A stretch of DNA of 48,320 nt from a virus. Lineage: Duplodnaviria > Caudoviricetes. The DNA is taken from positions 1 through 48,320 of the IMG/VR virus record IMGVR_UViG_3300020045_003154, one strand, 5' to 3'. Both the position numbers and the translations under genes were made by a program. Positions 28,626 through 38,086 of this stretch are shown here, in pieces. The notes below the pieces were generated by a model. It saw only the letters and a list, made by a program, of their open reading frames with translations, had not been told where the DNA came from and searched no databases. The stretch's first letter is position 1. Every line of letters begins with the position of its first letter.

Positions 28626-29396
28626 ATGGGTGCGTTTATTGATTTGAGTGGAAGGAAGTTTGGTCGGCTATCTGTGATTGAGCAGGCAGCTAATCATCCC
28701 ACCTCTGGAAGAGTGATGTGGACTTGCAGTTGTGATTGTGGAACTGTGAAGAACATAACAAGTCAGCAACTAGTAAAGGGTGGAACAGTTTCTTGTGGAT
28801 GTGCTAAAGTTGAGCGTTTTGCCGCCCTTAATAAAAAATACCTTAACAACGAGCGAACTACCTACAAAAAGGAGTGGCAGGCTTGGATTGGTATGAGACG
28901 AAGGTGTAACGACGTAAACAGTCAAGATTACAAGGACTACATGGAACGCGGAATTAGGGTGTCTGTTCTCTGGCAAGATGATTTCCTCGCGTTTTTAGAG
29001 CACATTGGGCCAGCTCCGAAGGACGGCCAAAGATGGTCGGTTGGAAGAACAAACAACAACTTGGGTTATGAGCCAAACAACGTCGAGTGGCAACTCGACT
29101 CAAAACAGGCAAGAAATCACTCTCTTCATCGCAACAATATAAGCGGCGCTGTAGGAGTGTGTCTAACAAAATCTGGTCACGGGTACGGGCATGAGTATTA
29201 CTTGGCTTTTTGGACAGATCTAGAAGGAAAGCGAAAAACAAAGTGTTTTTGTACGTATAAGTATGGTCACGAGGAAGCATTCGAGCTGGCTGTAGCTTAT
29301 AGAAAACAACAAATAGAGATTTTAAATGCAGCGGGAGCAGGCTACGCCGATTCCCACGGGAACAGTAAACAGATCAACAGAGAGGAAGCCGCATGA
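28626..29396 (+). CDS. Free-standing HNH-AP2 homing endonuclease
   Basis: GRKFGRL..WTCSCDCG..SCGC, SVGRTNNNLGYEPNNVEW, NISGAVGV..KTKCF..AFELAVAYR. Confidence 0.85.
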   Translation: MGAFIDLSGRKFGRLSVIEQAANHPTSGRVMWTCSCDCGTVKNITSQQLVKGGTVSCGCAKVERFAALNKKYLNNERTTYKKEWQAWIGMRRRCNDVNSQDYKDYMERGIRVSVLWQDDFLAFLEHIGPAPKDGQRWSVGRTNNNLGYEPNNVEWQLDSKQARNHSLHRNNISGAVGVCLTKSGHGYGHEYYLAFWTDLEGKRKTKCFCTYKYGHEEAFELAVAYRKQQIEILNAAGAGYADSHGNSKQINREEAA

Positions 29397-31354
29397 GTAT
29401 GGAAGCACGTAGCGAACTAATTATTTCACGTACATACGCACGTGAAAAAGAAGATGGTAGTAAGGAAACATGGCCCGAGATTGTAGAGCGGGTAAAGGGG
29501 CATCAGCGGTGGCTGTGGGAAGAGGCTCAAGGTAAGATACTTAATTTTGTACAAGAACAAGAACTCTCTGAGCTTGCTCAACTCATGCTAGAAAAGAAGA
29601 TTAGCATGTCTGGTCGAACCCTGTGGCTGGGCGGGACAGAGGTGGCAAAGAAGCGAGCAGCTTCACAATTTAACTGCAGTTTCACCCGCATTGAGACTGT
29701 GCACGATGTTGTAGACGGCTTGTGGTTGCTTATGCAGGGTTGTGGCCTTGGCTTCTCCCCTGTCGTTGGCAGCTTGTCTGGCTTCTCTTGGAAGATCCCC
29801 GAGCTGGAAGTTATCCGCAGTAAGAAGGTGCTGTCAGAGTGGCCTGCTAATCGCGGGCGCGAGAATAATAAGGCTTGGCAGGACGGAGACACGTGGACGC
29901 TATCTATTGGTGACAGCGCAGAAGCTTGGGCCAAGGGGCTTGGGAAGCTGCTGGCCTTCAAGGGGCGAGTAAAGAAGGTTGTGCTAGACCTGTCAGAGAT
30001 TCGCCCGTCCGGTATTCGCCTAAAGGGATACGGTTGGATTAGCTCTGGGGACGAAACACTTCACGAAGCTCTTGAGGCAATCTTCCAGTTACTAAACAAA
30101 GCAGCCGGTAAGCTGCTGTCTCGTATCGAGATTCTTGATTTGATGAACTGGCTTGGAACAGTGCTGTCATCTCGGCGTTCGGCGGAGATTGCACTGTTCT
30201 CAGTAGATGACCCAGAATGGGAAGAATTTGCAGTAGCTAAACGAGAGTACTGGATTAGTAACAAGCAGCGTGCTCAGTCCAATAACTCCTTGTTGTTTAA
30301 TCGGAAACCTGAGCGCACTCAGCTTGAGTACATCTTCAGCCTCCTCTTGGAGGGAGGTGGTTGCGAACCAGCGTTTATTAACGGCGACACAGCCCGCAAA
30401 CGCGCTCCGTGGTTTGCGGGGGTAAACCCTTGCGGAGAAATTCTTTTAGCAAACAAGGGCTTTTGTAATCTGGTGGAGTGCAACATTGCCGCATTCCACG
30501 ATATGCCAACCCTTCACCGGGCGTTGTATATTGCTGCGCGGGCAAATTATCGACAGACATGTGTTAATCTCCGGGATGGTATTCTGCAAGATGCTTGGCA
30601 CCAGAACAACGAACACTTGCGCTTGTGCGGAGTGGGCTTGACGGGTATTGCGCAACGTGATGATTTGACTACAGCACAGATTGAAGTGATGAAGTCTGTT
30701 GCAAAGCAGGCCAGCTACTGTATGGCTGACGAGTTGAACCTTCCGCGAGCAAAGAATGTGACTACGGTGAAGCCATCTGGATCTTTATCAAAGATTATGG
30801 GAACTACCGAGGGGATTCATAAACCGCTAGGAAAGTACATCATCAACAGGGTCGTGTTTGGTAAGAAAGATCCGATGATTCCGAAGCTGCGTGAGAGCGG
30901 TTATCTGGTTGAAGAGCATCCAACACAGTCCGATGCCTATTTGGTTGCTTTCCCGATTGTGTGGGAAAACATTCCGTTTGAGACAAAAGATGGCATCGAA
31001 TGCAATCTTGAGACAGCAATTCAGCAACTTGAGCGGTACAAGAAGTGGCAGATTCATTGGTGTGACCAGAACGTGAGCAACACAATCTCGTATAGCCCAG
31101 ATGAGGTGCCAGATATTATCGACTGGTTCATGGACAACTGGGAGCACTATGTTGGTGTGTCGTTTCTATTCCGCTGTGACCCAACGATGACTGCAGCAGA
31201 GATGGGTGTGAACTATCTTCCACAAACTGTTGTAACAAAGGAAGAGTATGAAGCACTTGCCAGCGAGATCAAGGAAGTTTCGGTAGACTTCCAAGAGGAA
31301 GGAGACGTCTCCTTCGGAGACGAGTGCGCCTCGGGTGCTTGTCCCATCCGCTAA
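29393..31354 (+). CDS. nrdJ: Class II (adenosylcobalamin-dependent, monomeric RTPR-type) ribonucleotide reductase
   Basis: SGRTLW, FNC, RRSAEI, NPCGEI, TVKPSGS, C-terminal CASGACPIR; no beta-subunit gene nearby. Confidence 0.92.
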   Translation: MSMEARSELIISRTYAREKEDGSKETWPEIVERVKGHQRWLWEEAQGKILNFVQEQELSELAQLMLEKKISMSGRTLWLGGTEVAKKRAASQFNCSFTRIETVHDVVDGLWLLMQGCGLGFSPVVGSLSGFSWKIPELEVIRSKKVLSEWPANRGRENNKAWQDGDTWTLSIGDSAEAWAKGLGKLLAFKGRVKKVVLDLSEIRPSGIRLKGYGWISSGDETLHEALEAIFQLLNKAAGKLLSRIEILDLMNWLGTVLSSRRSAEIALFSVDDPEWEEFAVAKREYWISNKQRAQSNNSLLFNRKPERTQLEYIFSLLLEGGGCEPAFINGDTARKRAPWFAGVNPCGEILLANKGFCNLVECNIAAFHDMPTLHRALYIAARANYRQTCVNLRDGILQDAWHQNNEHLRLCGVGLTGIAQRDDLTTAQIEVMKSVAKQASYCMADELNLPRAKNVTTVKPSGSLSKIMGTTEGIHKPLGKYIINRVVFGKKDPMIPKLRESGYLVEEHPTQSDAYLVAFPIVWENIPFETKDGIECNLETAIQQLERYKKWQIHWCDQNVSNTISYSPDEVPDIIDWFMDNWEHYVGVSFLFRCDPTMTAAEMGVNYLPQTVVTKEEYEALASEIKEVSVDFQEEGDVSFGDECASGACPIR

Positions 31355-31361
31355 GTAACCC

Positions 31362-31392
31362 AGCCCCGGCTAACGCCGGGGCTTTCCCCTTT
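31362..31392 (+). terminator. Intrinsic terminator after nrdJ
   Basis: AGCCCCGGC-TAAC-GCCGGGGCT-TTCCCCTTT. Confidence 0.8.
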
Positions 31393-31417
31393 CCCTAAAA
31401 TTCCTCACAAATTATCC

Positions 31418-31446
31418 TTGACACAGGCAATCCTCTCAGATAAGAT
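31418..31446 (+). promoter_or_regulatory. sigma70 promoter
   Basis: TTGACA-17nt-TAAGAT. Confidence 0.75.
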
Positions 31447-31499
31447 AGCCACATTGCTTCAGCAAATATTGTTTCATAAACAACTAAGGAGGAGTATTC

Positions 31500-31937
31500 A
31501 TGGTTCACCCGTACTGTATGAAGAAGAAAACGGTCAAGGTTGCTAGTCCACAAGTGTCCAATACAGTTGAATCTTCATCTGTTAATGTGCGCAAGGGTGT
31601 TGCATTTAGTGCATGGGCTGCTCAGGCATACCTCTCTAAAATCAATGATGCTCGCACACGGGGCACTGAGTTTAGCTTGACATTGACAGAATTTCATAAT
31701 ATGTTAAGGGCAAAGCGATGCCAACTAACTGGCCTGCCTCTTACTCACAGAATGGGAAGTAATCAAATTGCAACAGACGTAACAATTGACCGGAAGGACA
31801 GCAGCAAGGGCTATGTTAAGGGGAATGTGCATGCTGTATGCTATGCTGCTAACACGTTTAAGTCTCAGTTTGAGAATCCAACAAGTGTGCTGACCCCGCA
31901 AATGTTGAAAAAGATTGCACTTTTCGCTACTAAGTAA
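31500..31937 (+). CDS. His-Me finger (HNH/EndoVII-like) endonuclease
   Basis: CQLTG..TIDRKDSSKGYVKGNVHAVCYAANTFK. Confidence 0.75.
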   Translation: MVHPYCMKKKTVKVASPQVSNTVESSSVNVRKGVAFSAWAAQAYLSKINDARTRGTEFSLTLTEFHNMLRAKRCQLTGLPLTHRMGSNQIATDVTIDRKDSSKGYVKGNVHAVCYAANTFKSQFENPTSVLTPQMLKKIALFATK

Positions 31938-31947
31938 AGGAGCCACA

Positions 31948-32427
31948 ATGACCAAACAAACTATCGAATCCCTGCAAGCACAGCTCAACAGTATTCAGCA
32001 GCAAATTGAAGCTCTGGCCAAAGAGAAGGAAGCTACAAAGGGGGAGACTCCTTGGGAACTGGCTGAAACATATGAAGTTGGATATTCCTTCCCGGCACAG
32101 CTTAACGGAGATATTGAGAGTACCGCTCGTGAGAGTTTTGATGAACTGAACTCATTCAAATCACGCTCCGTAGCAGAAGGCTTTGACAATGCTTTCCATG
32201 TTATGATTGCTCTGCGGCAATGTGAAGGGGCTGGGAAGCTTGACGAGGCATGTTGTGGACACTGGATGGATGAGAATGAAGAGTTTTTTGCCACCACTTC
32301 CCGGTATTTCTATTGCTTCGGAATCTTCCCACCCTTCCCTTCCGAAGAGCTTGCCCATGCAGCAGCTAACAAAGTGGGCAAGGACAAAATCATTGCTGCT
32401 TACAAATTTCTGAGTAATGTTGAATAA
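31948..32427 (+). CDS. Hypothetical protein with N-terminal coiled coil
   Basis: AAGGAG RBS before MTKQ. Confidence 0.65.
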   Translation: MTKQTIESLQAQLNSIQQQIEALAKEKEATKGETPWELAETYEVGYSFPAQLNGDIESTARESFDELNSFKSRSVAEGFDNAFHVMIALRQCEGAGKLDEACCGHWMDENEEFFATTSRYFYCFGIFPPFPSEELAHAAANKVGKDKIIAAYKFLSNVE

Positions 32428-32438
32428 GGAGAAAGAAT

Positions 32439-32627
32439 ATGCAACTCGCCATTGACTTATACTGTTTCGCCAACATCGCAGATGACTCCGCAGATGATGA
32501 AGACTTCCCGACCGAACGTGCAACCAAACTTGCATCCCTACTAGTTGAAAAGAGTACGCAGCAGTTTCCTCAAGATATGTCTCAGTTAGACCTTCTTAAC
32601 TATCTTTTCGAGAAGTACGATGTATGA
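32439..32627 (+). CDS. Hypothetical protein
   Basis: AAGGAG RBS. Confidence 0.6.
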   Translation: MQLAIDLYCFANIADDSADDEDFPTERATKLASLLVEKSTQQFPQDMSQLDLLNYLFEKYDV

Positions 32628-32790
32628 CGACATTCACAAAACGCTGCCACACAAAGCTGTCAGACAATTCCGTTGTACAAGACGACTTCTGCGACGATGT
32701 TGAACGGGATAACGAGTATGTTATCAATTTTATTCGCAAGCACTATGAGAGTAACAATCAAAAGGTACGCTGTGTTCTCGTGGAGGAGAA

Positions 32791-33177
32791 GTGATGACTA
32801 AACAGCCAAACGGACTCTATATGTGTAAGTCTGACGTAGACTTGAGCGACTTGGTGGAAGCACTCATGGAGAACTCACACCGTGTCGACGGGGCGTATAC
32901 CCATGATCTTCTTGTTCTTGCCGCGAACAACCTTCGCAAGTTGCAAGGGAATACCTCCGAGTTTAGGCACAAGTGCATCGTCAAAGGCTGTAGGAGTGAT
33001 CGACGAGATACTCCGTTTGTTGGAGATATGTGCCAACGTTGCAATACTATGATTACTACCGGGAACTACGGCTGCGGCGGCACAATTTTCCATCATGCAG
33101 AGCATGAGCGACAGCAGTTGAAAGAGGCGTTGATTAAGATTCAACAGGAAGCGGATATTGGATTGGGAGATGTGTGA
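32791..33177 (+). CDS. Hypothetical protein with Cys cluster
   Basis: GGAGGAG RBS; CIVKGC..CQRC. Confidence 0.6.
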   Translation: MMTKQPNGLYMCKSDVDLSDLVEALMENSHRVDGAYTHDLLVLAANNLRKLQGNTSEFRHKCIVKGCRSDRRDTPFVGDMCQRCNTMITTGNYGCGGTIFHHAEHERQQLKEALIKIQQEADIGLGDV

Positions 33178-33368
33178 TGCAAATGTATGAATTCCGCTGC
33201 GTAAGTCCTAAAGACGTGGTAACATTCGTCTACGTTATTGGGAGTAGCCCTGAGCAGGCTACAGAGCGATTGCCAAAGGAATACAAGGCAGAGGGATGTG
33301 TGCATTTGCGTACATCTAAAGTTTCTAAATTGAGCAATTATTGGGGGAAGAATGAATCGAACTATTGA
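33174..33368 (+). CDS. Hypothetical protein
   Basis: ORF coupled to neighbours. Confidence 0.5.
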   Translation: MMQMYEFRCVSPKDVVTFVYVIGSSPEQATERLPKEYKAEGCVHLRTSKVSKLSNYWGKNESNY

Positions 33369-34317
33369 AGGTAAAAATGGCATCAGTGCGACATTAGTGG
33401 CCCTCTCTTCTGCAGTAAGTGGAAAGCAGATTGCTACAGTATCTGTGAAGTATGGCTTGATTGTGCATGCGGAGTTCCTCCGTCATCGGATGCTTTCCCG
33501 AGGCGTGAAGAGTAACCGAGCTATCCCGGCGAAAGTGATTCGTGCTGAAGTACTGAACGATCCATACATTCCTGTGTTCTTCGGGAAGAATCAGCCGGGG
33601 ATGCGAAGTGTAGAAGAGGTGAAGTTTCCTCAACTGGCAAAGCAGGCTTGGCTAGTTGCTCGCTATCCAGCCTGCGCTATTCACTGGCTTCTGGAGAAGA
33701 GTGGAGCACACAAGGAGTGGGTTAATCGTCTGTTGAATCCTTGGCAATGGGTACGTGAGACAATTACTGCGACTGAGTTTCAAAACCTATACGCCTTGCG
33801 CCTTGACAAGGGAGCACAGCGAGACATTAAGGAAGTGGTGCAATGTGTCAAAGAAGCTATTGAACAGGGTGTGGTAGAAGAGTTGTCTCCCGGAGAGTGG
33901 CACACACCCTACGTGGATCACTACCGAGACGAGAGTGGTATCCTGCACTATCTTGATAACGATGGTGCGGAGCTATCCATAGAGCAAGCTAAACAGTGCT
34001 CTGCTGCCCGTTGTGCCCGGTCTAGCTATGATAAGCATGACGGTGGCAAGGCTTTGCTTGCAGACGATATGAAGTTGTTTCAGATGCTATTGCAAGATAA
34101 TCCTAAGCACGCAAGTCCTGTGGAGCATCAGGCATCGCCCATGACTTCCCGAAACTACACTGAAGACATCCTTGACGATGTGAATGTAGAAAGTGAACCT
34201 GCAACGTGGCAGGATGGCATCACACACTGCGATAAGGGATGGAATCTCTGGAGCGGTAACTTTAAAAATTTTATCCAGCACAGACAACTTATCGCCGGAC
34301 ACGTAAAGGAGGGCTAA
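33352..34317 (+). CDS. thyX: Flavin-dependent thymidylate synthase
   Basis: AEFLRHRMLSRGVKSNRAIP (RHRx7S), HKEWVNRLLNPW, LRLDKGAQ, CARSSY, HASPVEHQA. Confidence 0.88.
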   Translation: MNRTIEGKNGISATLVALSSAVSGKQIATVSVKYGLIVHAEFLRHRMLSRGVKSNRAIPAKVIRAEVLNDPYIPVFFGKNQPGMRSVEEVKFPQLAKQAWLVARYPACAIHWLLEKSGAHKEWVNRLLNPWQWVRETITATEFQNLYALRLDKGAQRDIKEVVQCVKEAIEQGVVEELSPGEWHTPYVDHYRDESGILHYLDNDGAELSIEQAKQCSAARCARSSYDKHDGGKALLADDMKLFQMLLQDNPKHASPVEHQASPMTSRNYTEDILDDVNVESEPATWQDGITHCDKGWNLWSGNFKNFIQHRQLIAGHVKEG

Positions 34318-34477
34318 ATGCAATACAACAACTTCGAGCAATTCTTCTCAGTGTGCCTCTCAATGGCCTCTGGGGTTAAACAAAAGACAGCTATGCTGAA
34401 ATGTAAGAGTCTATACGAGGATTATTACGACGAGGGGAAGAGTCCTGAGCAGGCAATGGTTGAAGAGTGGGGTTAGC

Positions 34478-34756
34478 ATGTTGAAGATTAAGCGCACATC
34501 AAAACCAAAGCCTCGCCACTGGAATTACCGAGTAATCTCCGCCTACTGCGGCAACGGAGAATGGGAGTACACCATTCACGAGGTGTATTACAATGAAGCT
34601 GGAGAGCCAACCTCTTGGAGCGCCTCACCTGCTGTTGTGCTTGCAGGAGAGCCTGAGGGTGTGCAGTGCCAGATTGATCTGTTCCAGAAGGCTCTGGAGA
34701 AGCCTTGGCTAATGCTTAAAACTGAAGGGCTTCACTCTTGGCTGGAGGAGATGTGA
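34478..34756 (+). CDS. Hypothetical phage protein
   Basis: WNYRVI..IHEVYY motif common in phages. Confidence 0.6.
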   Translation: MLKIKRTSKPKPRHWNYRVISAYCGNGEWEYTIHEVYYNEAGEPTSWSASPAVVLAGEPEGVQCQIDLFQKALEKPWLMLKTEGLHSWLEEM

Positions 34757-35028
34757 TGGAATATACTGAACAGGATTACCTAGACTTTGATCTTTTTCAA
34801 GGAGAAGAGGGAGAACTGTCCCTACGAACTGTTAAAATGGTTGTTGCAAGAAAGACTCACAAGTGCTTCTTCGGCCTAGGTGCATATGCGGATGGTCATG
34901 AGATTCCTAAAGGTGGCTACCATCGTTACGAGAAAGCTCTTGTGGATGGAGACTTCTGGGGAGAGTATCGTGTATGCACAGATTGTATGGATAAGTACCT
35001 CTCGGAACTAGACGGAGACAATGAATAA
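34756..35028 (+). CDS. Hypothetical protein, possible Zn-binding
   Basis: GGAGGAG RBS; ARKTHKC..HEIPKG..CTDC. Confidence 0.6.
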   Translation: MEYTEQDYLDFDLFQGEEGELSLRTVKMVVARKTHKCFFGLGAYADGHEIPKGGYHRYEKALVDGDFWGEYRVCTDCMDKYLSELDGDNE

Positions 35029-35219
35029 TGGAACGAGAAGATTTCAACAGTGAAGCTGCTTTCCTGAAAGCTCTTGAGCACGGAGCTTGGGAGGAATACT
35101 TGGATGCACAGGAGGATGAGGCAACATGCAGGCACACAGTAGAAGGGATCGCCTACGGCGTAACACTTGACGAGCTTGTAGCTGAGTCAGAACGCCTAGG
35201 GCTGTACGATCTAAAATAA
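35028..35219 (+). CDS. Acidic hypothetical protein
   Basis: Coupled ORF. Confidence 0.55.
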   Translation: MEREDFNSEAAFLKALEHGAWEEYLDAQEDEATCRHTVEGIAYGVTLDELVAESERLGLYDLK

Positions 35220-35226
35220 TTCACAC

Positions 35227-35262
35227 AGGGCTATTGACTTTCACAGTTGATAGCCCTATTAT
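35227..35262 (+). promoter_or_regulatory. sigma70 promoter overlapped by inverted repeat
   Basis: TTGACT-17nt-TATTAT; AGGGCTATTGACT / AGTTGATAGCCCT. Confidence 0.75.
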
Positions 35263-35342
35263 TACGTCTATGGGAACAACAATTCCCAATTTAGGAACGA
35301 GCATTCCCAGAACGGGAATGAAAATCTGTTTTATAAAGGAGA

Positions 35343-36134
35343 ATGAAGATGCGTAATGCGAATGAGTCCGAGGTTTTAGAAGCCCGTAGGACGGGGATCT
35401 TGAAGCAAGATTTGATGTACTTGACTGGCAGCATTCCTTACAAGGTGCACGGTAAGGATGTAGAAATCTCCCTAGCTAGGCTGGTTGCAGACGACGCAGA
35501 GCGCTATGGCATGGAGGGCATCGCTATTGCAGAAACAGACTCAGGCCGGGTAATTATGGTACAAACGAAGCTTCTGAAGCCTGTAGCAACAGGCCCGTCC
35601 CAGCAGCCCAAGAAGCCTCGCCATAGGCCTGTTCCCGGAAGCAAGAGAGAAACCCTCGTCCCAATGTCCACAGACGTTAAGCTGAAGGTGGGAGATAAGG
35701 TTGTCCTGTCGGACGGCACACGCGAAGTAGTGTGTGAAGTTGATCGTTACACAGAGGTAGGCGTTCCTTATCGACTCACAGGGGGTAAACGTTGGTATCG
35801 GTATTCAGGTGATGGCTTCTGTCACCTTGTACACATCACCCACAAAATCATCCCTTGGACGCCTCCTGCCCCTGCTTATAAGCCGGAGGATGTAGCCTTT
35901 AACAAGACTGTTGTTAAGTGTACTGAAGAGATTGCTTTTGACAAGGGCTATTGGGTTCCGTTTATCGCTACTGACTACACAGGATGCCCTGCTTGGGCTG
36001 CTAAGGAAAAGGTTATGGTAATTGTTTCCGGTGAATACCTTCCTGCAAATTACCGAGAGTTTGGTGCAGGCTGGGATTGGACATATGACACCCTTGGTAC
36101 GTGTATCATAGCTTACCGAAAGGCCCAACAATGA
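35343..36134 (+). CDS. Hypothetical multidomain protein
   Basis: AAGGAG RBS; LKVGDKV SH3-like module; Pro-rich linkers. Confidence 0.7.
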   Translation: MKMRNANESEVLEARRTGILKQDLMYLTGSIPYKVHGKDVEISLARLVADDAERYGMEGIAIAETDSGRVIMVQTKLLKPVATGPSQQPKKPRHRPVPGSKRETLVPMSTDVKLKVGDKVVLSDGTREVVCEVDRYTEVGVPYRLTGGKRWYRYSGDGFCHLVHITHKIIPWTPPAPAYKPEDVAFNKTVVKCTEEIAFDKGYWVPFIATDYTGCPAWAAKEKVMVIVSGEYLPANYREFGAGWDWTYDTLGTCIIAYRKAQQ

Positions 36135-36433
36135 AACAACCCCTATCAACAATCACCCTCCCGTTCTTCGAGCATAAGGCCCTGCTTACGGGAGTTTTTA
36201 CTCCAGAGGAAAAGCAAACAGCATTCGCCCCTGCTGAAGATTGCCATGAAGGCTGGCCTGCTGAATGGGAGACACACAGCTTCCACGTCAACGGAGTGGA
36301 TCTGTATGATTTCATCAGCACAGCTGCAAAGGAGCTTCGTAGTGGCCCTCTTGGGCTGGGGAGTAAGTATGTGGATTATTTGGATTGGTATATCGAGATG
36401 AATATGGAGAGGATTGTGGGGCAATGTCAATGA
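36131..36433 (+). CDS. Hypothetical protein
   Basis: ATGA overlap. Confidence 0.55.
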   Translation: MKQPLSTITLPFFEHKALLTGVFTPEEKQTAFAPAEDCHEGWPAEWETHSFHVNGVDLYDFISTAAKELRSGPLGLGSKYVDYLDWYIEMNMERIVGQCQ

Positions 36434-36621
36434 AAGAGCCTCTGCTGCTGTGTCCTGAGTGTGGTAATCCCGATGTGCTTGTGCGAAGCATGACCTCTTA
36501 CTATGTTAATACAGGAGAGTTCTTCTGTCACAGTGTTAAAACACATGATTCAGATGCTCCAGTTTCCTGCTTGCTGTGTGACTGGGATGGATTGCGGCAA
36601 GATCTTGTAGAAGAATCCTGA
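36430..36621 (+). CDS. Small zinc-ribbon protein
   Basis: CPECG...CLLCDW. Confidence 0.6.
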   Translation: MKEPLLLCPECGNPDVLVRSMTSYYVNTGEFFCHSVKTHDSDAPVSCLLCDWDGLRQDLVEES

Positions 36622-36629
36622 AGGAGCAC

Positions 36630-36659
36630 TTGACATTTCTAGCAGGCTAATGAGAAAAT
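36630..36659 (+). promoter_or_regulatory. sigma70 promoter
   Basis: TTGACA-18nt-GAAAAT with TG extension. Confidence 0.55.
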
Positions 36660-36688
36660 GAATTTATCAAACAACTAAGGAGAAACAC

Positions 36689-36973
36689 ATGCAAATTGAA
36701 CTGAAGAAGCCGCAAGAGAAAGCTGAAGAAACGTATGCTATTGGGGATGTGTTGTTGGTGAGTCAAGAAGGTTGTCGTGTTGGTGAAGCTATTATGCTTT
36801 GCAACATCGGATGTGAGGTATATCCGATTTGTATGCGGACAGGCAACTACTACACAGGCTACTCATCTGATTTTGAGTCAATGAAGAGTGTTAGTGCAGA
36901 TGTTGTGTATTACTTGCTTGGCAGCACAACTACAATCATCCGCAAGCTGAATGTTAAGTTGGTGGAAGTTTAA
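36689..36973 (+). CDS. Hypothetical protein
   Basis: AAGGAG RBS. Confidence 0.6.
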   Translation: MQIELKKPQEKAEETYAIGDVLLVSQEGCRVGEAIMLCNIGCEVYPICMRTGNYYTGYSSDFESMKSVSADVVYYLLGSTTTIIRKLNVKLVEV

Positions 36974-37182
36974 TGAAAATCCCTTACAAAGCATTTGGTA
37001 AGCTAAAGCTTGTGGAAGCACAGCCACAGAACGGGGCAACGCCAGAGGACTTCGTGGAAACTCTGTGGATTGAACGTGGAGAAGACTGGTATTCAATGAT
37101 GTCTCCACAACTGAAAGGAAAGAAGGTGATGGTGGTGACACGAGAAGCGTGGCTTTCTGGGAAGTTGATTTCAGAATCCTGA
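36973..37182 (+). CDS. Hypothetical protein
   Basis: TAATG coupling. Confidence 0.55.
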   Translation: MKIPYKAFGKLKLVEAQPQNGATPEDFVETLWIERGEDWYSMMSPQLKGKKVMVVTREAWLSGKLISES

Positions 37183-37441
37183 AACGGCATTTCTGAGATT
37201 GAATTTCAAACGTGAATTTACCACATAAACTTCAGAAATCGCTCTAAAACACACATGTTCCGTCATTTCGCTATTTATCAGGATTTGACGGAAATATGTA
37301 ACAACTGTACTGGTGGGATTACCTATACACTTCAAGGATTTATACGTACAACAGTGTATGTAAGATTGTAGTACAATGTTAAAAATTAGCTGTACAATTT
37401 AGACAGCTTATTCTGGGAAAATGATATGAAAGGAGTTCTAT

Positions 37442-37759
37442 ATGCAATTTGATGATAAGACAGCTTCAGCTTTGCTCCAAGGACAGAAAGTTACAGAATG
37501 GAAACTGCGTACATTTGTAGCAAAGGCATCTGATGATGATGCTCTTGTGCAGAGTATTAGCTCACTGGTGGGAGAACTTCGTTCTAGGGTTCTTGCTCAG
37601 GATGGGGAGATTGCTCTGCTGAAAGAAGCACTACTGAAAGCAGAACTTGACATTGACTCTTACGCACTACGTCAGAAGAAAGCAGAAAAATATGCTTGGG
37701 AGAATATGCGGAAAAGTATGGATAATTCGGCAGAGATTTACAGGACACTGTTTCCTTAA
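37442..37759 (+). CDS. Hypothetical coiled-coil protein
   Basis: AAGGAG RBS; follows ~250 nt structured leader. Confidence 0.6.
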   Translation: MQFDDKTASALLQGQKVTEWKLRTFVAKASDDDALVQSISSLVGELRSRVLAQDGEIALLKEALLKAELDIDSYALRQKKAEKYAWENMRKSMDNSAEIYRTLFP

Positions 37760-37973
37760 AGCCTCCCGGCCAAGATTTACTCAGGCAATTTCCGCTGGGA
37801 TTTAGGCGCTTCGTTTTCATTTCCAATCCGGCCGGGTACCAATTATAGAATTTTATAGCTGTATCAGATCCTTCGATACCCTACCAGCCTGAAGGGTATT
37901 CCCATGCACCAAAAGCGTGAAACTAATCAAGAATGCCAAAAGCCATAGGCATTGCCTATATCAAGGGATTCTT

Positions 37974-37989
37974 GGCAAAGACTGTGCCA
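37974..37989 (-). promoter_or_regulatory. sigma54 (RpoN) -24/-12-like site
   Basis: TGGCAC-AGTCT-TTGCC on minus strand. Confidence 0.55.
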
Positions 37990-38070
37990 GCTACCCTTTT
38001 CGGTGGCTATTGAATAAATCAATGATATACCACTTGACAAATTCTTGCTTGTTAATCTTTAGGGTATAGG

Positions 38071-38086
38071 TGGCACGGGGCTTGCT
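38071..38086 (+). promoter_or_regulatory. sigma54 (RpoN) -24/-12 consensus site
   Basis: TGGCACG-GGGC-TTGCT. Confidence 0.65.

Noticed and set aside
36612-37184. AGAATCCTGAA repeated at the ends of two ORFs (both end ES*)
   Set aside because: Only 11 bp and two copies; no flanking similarity, not a convincing att site or target duplication
38009-38023. ATTGAATAAATCAAT as FNR site
   Set aside because: Spacing is one base short of TTGAT-N4-ATCAA
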